Shown: positions 8,313-13,451 of the stretch, piece by piece
Numbering within the stretch: the first letter of the stretch is position 1
Layout: each line of letters opens with the position of its first letter
IMG/VR virus record: IMGVR_UViG_2698536313_000011
From: a virus
Lineage: Duplodnaviria > Heunggongvirae > Uroviricota > Caudoviricetes
Reading direction: 5' to 3' (one strand)
Length of the DNA: 13,451 nt
Notes under the pieces: model-generated
The model's database searches: none
The model's input: only the letters and a program-made list of their open reading frames with translations
Told to the model about the DNA's origin: nothing
Translations under genes and position numbers: made by a program

Positions 8313-8384
8313 TATTATTTACTCATGTTCTAACTGATTTAATATTTATATCGAACACTGATAATTATTCTATTGGTTAGCTAT

Positions 8385-8723
8385 ATGAACAAAACGATTT
8401 TATTCTGCACGATTATTGCCTTAACAGGATGTAAATCTTTGGATTACGTAAAATCCGGAAAACCTGTAATGGAAGGTAATTCATTAAAAAATATTGATGA
8501 ATTGTCAGGCTGCATATCCAGACAATGGGCTGGTAATGGAACACCTATAACATCCCTTCCTATTGAGAATGAGGTAAGCCTTTTAGTTCCACAGGCTATG
8601 GGGGGATATGATGTTGTGCTTGATATCAAAAAAGCAGGAAATGGCAGTAGTTTTACTCTTTATGAACGTGTACCAGCATTAACGCCAAAAATTTTTGCTG
8701 ATAGTGTTAATGCATGTAAATAA
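8385..8723 (+). CDS. Putative secreted lipoprotein of unknown function (moron inserted between I and J)
   Basis: 112-aa ORF from ATG 8385. N-terminus MNKTILFCTIIALTGC has a hydrophobic signal core plus lipobox L-T-G-C. Residue after the Cys is Lys, not Asp, which suggests outer-membrane sorting. Sits in an AT-rich island between GC-rich I and J. Lambda has only about 60 bp between I and J; here the gap is 477 bp. No obvious SD. I do not recognise the protein. Confidence 0.6.
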   Translation: MNKTILFCTIIALTGCKSLDYVKSGKPVMEGNSLKNIDELSGCISRQWAGNGTPITSLPIENEVSLLVPQAMGGYDVVLDIKKAGNGSSFTLYERVPALTPKIFADSVNACK

Positions 8724-8747
8724 TAGTTAATCCTGCCGTAACTCATG

Positions 8748-8775
8748 AGCCGCCTTTTGGGCGGCTTTGTTGTTT
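8748..8775 (+). terminator. Putative rho-independent terminator downstream of the lipoprotein gene
   Basis: Inverted repeat AGCCGCC (8748-8754) / GGCGGCT (8760-8766) with a 5-nt loop, followed by the T-rich run TTGTTGTTT (8767-8775). Confidence 0.5.
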
Positions 8776-8789
8776 ATGGAGTGTGAGGA

Positions 8790-10445
<1,656 letters not shown>

Positions 10446-10463
<18 letters not shown>

Positions 10464-10765
10464 AGGACCGCCATAATGCCGTTGAGGTGAACTGGATTGA
10501 CCCGGATAACGGCTGGGAGACGGCGACAGAGCTTGTTGAAGATACGCAGGCCATTGCCCGTTACGGTCGTAACGTCACGAAGATGGATGCCTTTGGCTGT
10601 ACCAGCCGGGGGCAGGCACACCGCGCCGGGCTGTGGCTGATTAAAACGGAGCTGCTGGAAACGCAGACCGTGGACTTCAGCGTGGGTGCCGAAGGGCTTC
10701 GCCATGTACCGGGCGATGTCATTGAAATCTGTGATGATGACTATGCCGGTATCAGCATCGGCGGG
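10446..10765 (+). repeat. Direct repeat copy 2 (320 bp of J coding sequence)
   Basis: See copy 1. Copy 2 continues seamlessly into the downstream J sequence (..[21 protein letters not shown]..). Confidence 0.9.
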
Positions 10766-12766
10766 CGCGTGCTGGCGGTGAACAGCCAGACGCGGACACT
10801 GACGCTCGACCGTGAAATCACGCTGCCATCCTCCGGCACCACGCTGATAAGCCTGGTTGACGGACAGGGGAATCCGGTCAGCGTGGAGGTCCAGTCCGTC
10901 ACCGACGGCGTGAAGGTGAAAGTGAGCCGTGTTCCTGACGGCGTTGCCGAATACAGCGTGTGGGGGCTGAAGCTGCCGACGCTGCGCCAGCGCCTGTTCC
11001 GCTGCGTGAGTATCCGTGAGAACGATGGCGGCACGTATGCCATCACCGCCGTGCAGCATGTACCGGAAAAAGAAGCCATCGTGGATAACGGGGCGCACTT
11101 TGACGGCGACCAGAGCGGCACGGTGAATGGTGTCACGCCGCCAGCGGTGCAGCACCTGACTGCCGAAGTCACCGCAGACAGCGGGGAGTATCAGGTACTG
11201 GCCCGCTGGGACACGCCGAAGGTGGTGAAGGGCGTGAGCTTCCTGCTTCGCCTGACCGTGACAGCGGACGATGGCAGTGAGCGGCTGGTCAGCACGGCCC
11301 GGACGACGGAAACCACATACCGCTTCAGGCAGCTGGCGCTGGGGCGTTACATGTTGACGGTCCGGGCGGTAAATGCGTGGGGACAGCTGGGCGATCCGGC
11401 GTCGGTATCGTTCCGGATTGCCGCACCGGCAGCGCCGTCGCGGATTGAGCTGACGCCGGGCTATTTTCAGATAACCGCCACGCCGCATCTTGCCGTTTAT
11501 GACCCGACGGTACAGTTTGAGTTCTGGTTTTCGGAAAAGCGGATTACCGATATCAGGAAGGTTGAAACCACAGCGCGCTATCTTGGCACGGGGCTGTACT
11601 GGATAGCCGCCAGTATCAATATCAAACCGGGCCATGATTATTATTTTTACGTTCGCAGTGTGAACACCGTTGGCAAATCGGCATTCGTGGAGGCTGTTGG
11701 TCAGCCGAGTGATGATGCATCCGGTTATCTGGATTTTTTCAAAGGCGAGATAGGGAAAACCCATCTGGCTCAGGAGCTGTGGACGCAGATTGATAACGGT
11801 CAGCTTGCGCCTGACCTGGCTGAAATCAGGACGTCCATTAAGGATGTCAGCAATGAAATCACGCAGACCGTCAATAAGAAACTGGAAGACCAGAGTGCGG
11901 CAATTCAGCAGATACAGAAGGTTCAGGTTGATACAAATAATAATCTGAACAGCATGTGGGCTGTGAAGCTGCAACAGATGAAGGACGGACGCCTTTATAT
12001 TGCGGGTATCGGTGCCGGTATTGAGAATACGCCAGCAGGAATGCAGAGTCAGGTGCTGCTGGCGGCAGACAGGATTGCGATGATTAATCCTGCGAATGGC
12101 AACACAAAGCCGATGTTTGTTGGTCAGGGCGATCAGATATTCATGAACGACGTGTTCCTGAAACGCCTGACGGCTCCCACCATTACCAGCGGCGGTAATC
12201 CTCCGGCATTTTCCCTGACACCGGACGGGCGGCTGACGGCGAAAAATGCCGATATTAGCGGTAACGTGAATGCGAACTCCGGGACGCTCAACAACGTCAC
12301 GATTAACGAGAACTGTCGGGTTCTGGGAAAACTGTCCGCCAACCAGATTGAAGGCGATCTCGTTAAAACAGTGGGCAAAGCTTTCCCCCGGGACTCCCGT
12401 GCACCGGAGCGGTGGCCATCAGGGACCATTACCGTCAGGGTTTATGACGATCAGCCGTTTGACCGGCAGATTGTTATTCCGGCGGTGGCATTCAGTGGCG
12501 CTAAGCATGAGAGAGAGCATACTGATATTTACTCCTCATGCCGTCTGATAGTGCGGAAAAACGGTGCTGAAATTTATAACCGTACCGCGCTGGATAATAC
12601 GCTGATTTACAGTGGCGTTATTGATATGCCTGCCGGTCACGGTCACATGACGCTGGAGTTTTCGGTATCAGCATGGCTGGTGAATAACTGGTATCCCACA
12701 GCAAGTATCAGCGATTTGCTGGTTGTGGTGATGAAGAAAGCCACCGCAGGCATCAGTATCAGCTGA
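10487..12766 (+). CDS. J: Host specificity protein J, C-terminal portion (includes receptor-binding region)
   Basis: As-written ORF starts at GTG 10487 (759 aa). J-homologous sequence in this frame begins at about 10448 inside repeat copy 2. Long blocks match lambda gpJ (..[44 protein letters not shown].., ..[30 protein letters not shown]..). Removing 497 bp (one repeat copy plus the G-tract) restores a single J ORF of about 1159 aa. Confidence 0.85.
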   Translation: MNWIDPDNGWETATELVEDTQAIARYGRNVTKMDAFGCTSRGQAHRAGLWLIKTELLETQTVDFSVGAEGLRHVPGDVIEICDDDYAGISIGGRVLAVNSQTRTLTLDREITLPSSGTTLISLVDGQGNPVSVEVQSVTDGVKVKVSRVPDGVAEYSVWGLKLPTLRQRLFRCVSIRENDGGTYAITAVQHVPEKEAIVDNGAHFDGDQSGTVNGVTPPAVQHLTAEVTADSGEYQVLARWDTPKVVKGVSFLLRLTVTADDGSERLVSTARTTETTYRFRQLALGRYMLTVRAVNAWGQLGDPASVSFRIAAPAAPSRIELTPGYFQITATPHLAVYDPTVQFEFWFSEKRITDIRKVETTARYLGTGLYWIAASINIKPGHDYYFYVRSVNTVGKSAFVEAVGQPSDDASGYLDFFKGEIGKTHLAQELWTQIDNGQLAPDLAEIRTSIKDVSNEITQTVNKKLEDQSAAIQQIQKVQVDTNNNLNSMWAVKLQQMKDGRLYIAGIGAGIENTPAGMQSQVLLAADRIAMINPANGNTKPMFVGQGDQIFMNDVFLKRLTAPTITSGGNPPAFSLTPDGRLTAKNADISGNVNANSGTLNNVTINENCRVLGKLSANQIEGDLVKTVGKAFPRDSRAPERWPSGTITVRVYDDQPFDRQIVIPAVAFSGAKHEREHTDIYSSCRLIVRKNGAEIYNRTALDNTLIYSGVIDMPAGHGHMTLEFSVSAWLVNNWYPTASISDLLVVVMKKATAGISIS

Positions 12767-12784
12767 ATTTTATAACCCATATAC

Positions 12785-12810
12785 GGGCGCCAGAAATGGC
12801 GCCTTTTTTA
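12785..12810 (+). terminator. Putative rho-independent terminator between J and lom
   Basis: GGCGCC (12786-12791), loop AGAAAT, GGCGCC (12798-12803), then TTTTTT (12804-12809). Confidence 0.55.
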
Positions 12811-12833
12811 TTGCAGAAAAGCGAGAGGTAATT

Positions 12834-13433
12834 ATGCGTAAATTATGTGCTGTTATTCTGTCCGCAGTAGTCTGGCTGGTTGCCGCTGGTACGCCAGCGA
12901 GCGCAGCAGAGCATCAGTCCACACTAAGCGCCGGGTATCTTCAGACCCATACTGATATGCCAGGCAGCGATGACCTGAAGGGCATTAACGTGAAATACCG
13001 TTATGAATTTACGGACACGCTGGGGCTGGTGACGTCATTCAGCTATGCAGGAGACAGGAATCGCCAGCTTACCCGTTACAGCGATACCCGCTGGCATGAA
13101 GATTCCGTTCGTAACCGCTGGTTCAGCGTAATGGCGGGGCCGTCTGTGCGCGTGAATGAATGGTTCAGCGCGTATGCGATGGCGGGCGTGGCTTACAGCC
13201 GTGTGTCGACTTTCTCCGGGGATTATCTCCGCGTAACTGACAACAAGGGGAAAACGCACGACGTGCTGACCGGAAGTGATGACGGTCGCCACAGCAACAC
13301 GTCTCTGGCGTGGGGGGCTGGCGTGCAGTTTAACCCGACCGAATCCGTGGCCATTGATATTGCTTATGAAGGTTCCGGCAGTGGTGACTGGCGCACTGAC
13401 GGCTTCATCGTGGGTGTCGGCTATAAATTCTGA
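12834..13433 (+). CDS. lom: Outer membrane protein Lom (Ail/Lom/OmpX family beta-barrel)
   Basis: 199 aa (lambda Lom is 206). Signal peptide [26 protein letters not shown]. Internal ..[11 protein letters not shown].. and C-terminal ..[24 protein letters not shown] match lambda Lom as recalled, ending in the beta-barrel terminal aromatic residue. GAGAGG ribosome-binding site at 12824-12829. Position immediately after J. Confidence 0.9.
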   Translation: MRKLCAVILSAVVWLVAAGTPASAAEHQSTLSAGYLQTHTDMPGSDDLKGINVKYRYEFTDTLGLVTSFSYAGDRNRQLTRYSDTRWHEDSVRNRWFSVMAGPSVRVNEWFSAYAMAGVAYSRVSTFSGDYLRVTDNKGKTHDVLTGSDDGRHSNTSLAWGAGVQFNPTESVAIDIAYEGSGSGDWRTDGFIVGVGYKF

Positions 13434-13451
13434 TTAGCCAGGTAACACAGT

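Noticed and set aside
8373-8384. TTG start at 8373 for the lipoprotein ORF
   Set aside because: ATG at 8385 gives a canonical signal peptide beginning MNKTIL... The TTG extension adds 4 residues with no supporting ribosome-binding site.

Overview
This window is the late-operon tail module of a lambda-like (lambdoid) enterobacterial prophage, in the canonical order: 3' end of the major capsid gene E, then FI, FII, Z, U, V, G/G-T (with the conserved -1 frameshift site), H (tape measure), M, L, K, I, J (host specificity), and lom. Calls rest on reading the supplied translations against lambda proteins as I remember them, plus gene order, sizes, overlaps and ribosome-binding sites seen in the sequence; no search was run. 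Two things depart from the lambda layout. (1) A low-GC single-gene insertion between I and J encodes a small predicted lipoprotein with its own terminator, i.e. a moron. (2) J is interrupted by a 180-bp G-tract with a C every 12th base, flanked by a 320-bp direct duplication of J sequence with one mismatch. This is most likely an assembly or scaffolding artefact, possibly a chimeric join of two prophage copies. If it is real, J is inactivated. I see no multi-gene novel system (defence island, toxin-antitoxin pair, CRISPR, etc.); the lipoprotein moron is the only candidate for new biology, and it is a single gene of unknown function.
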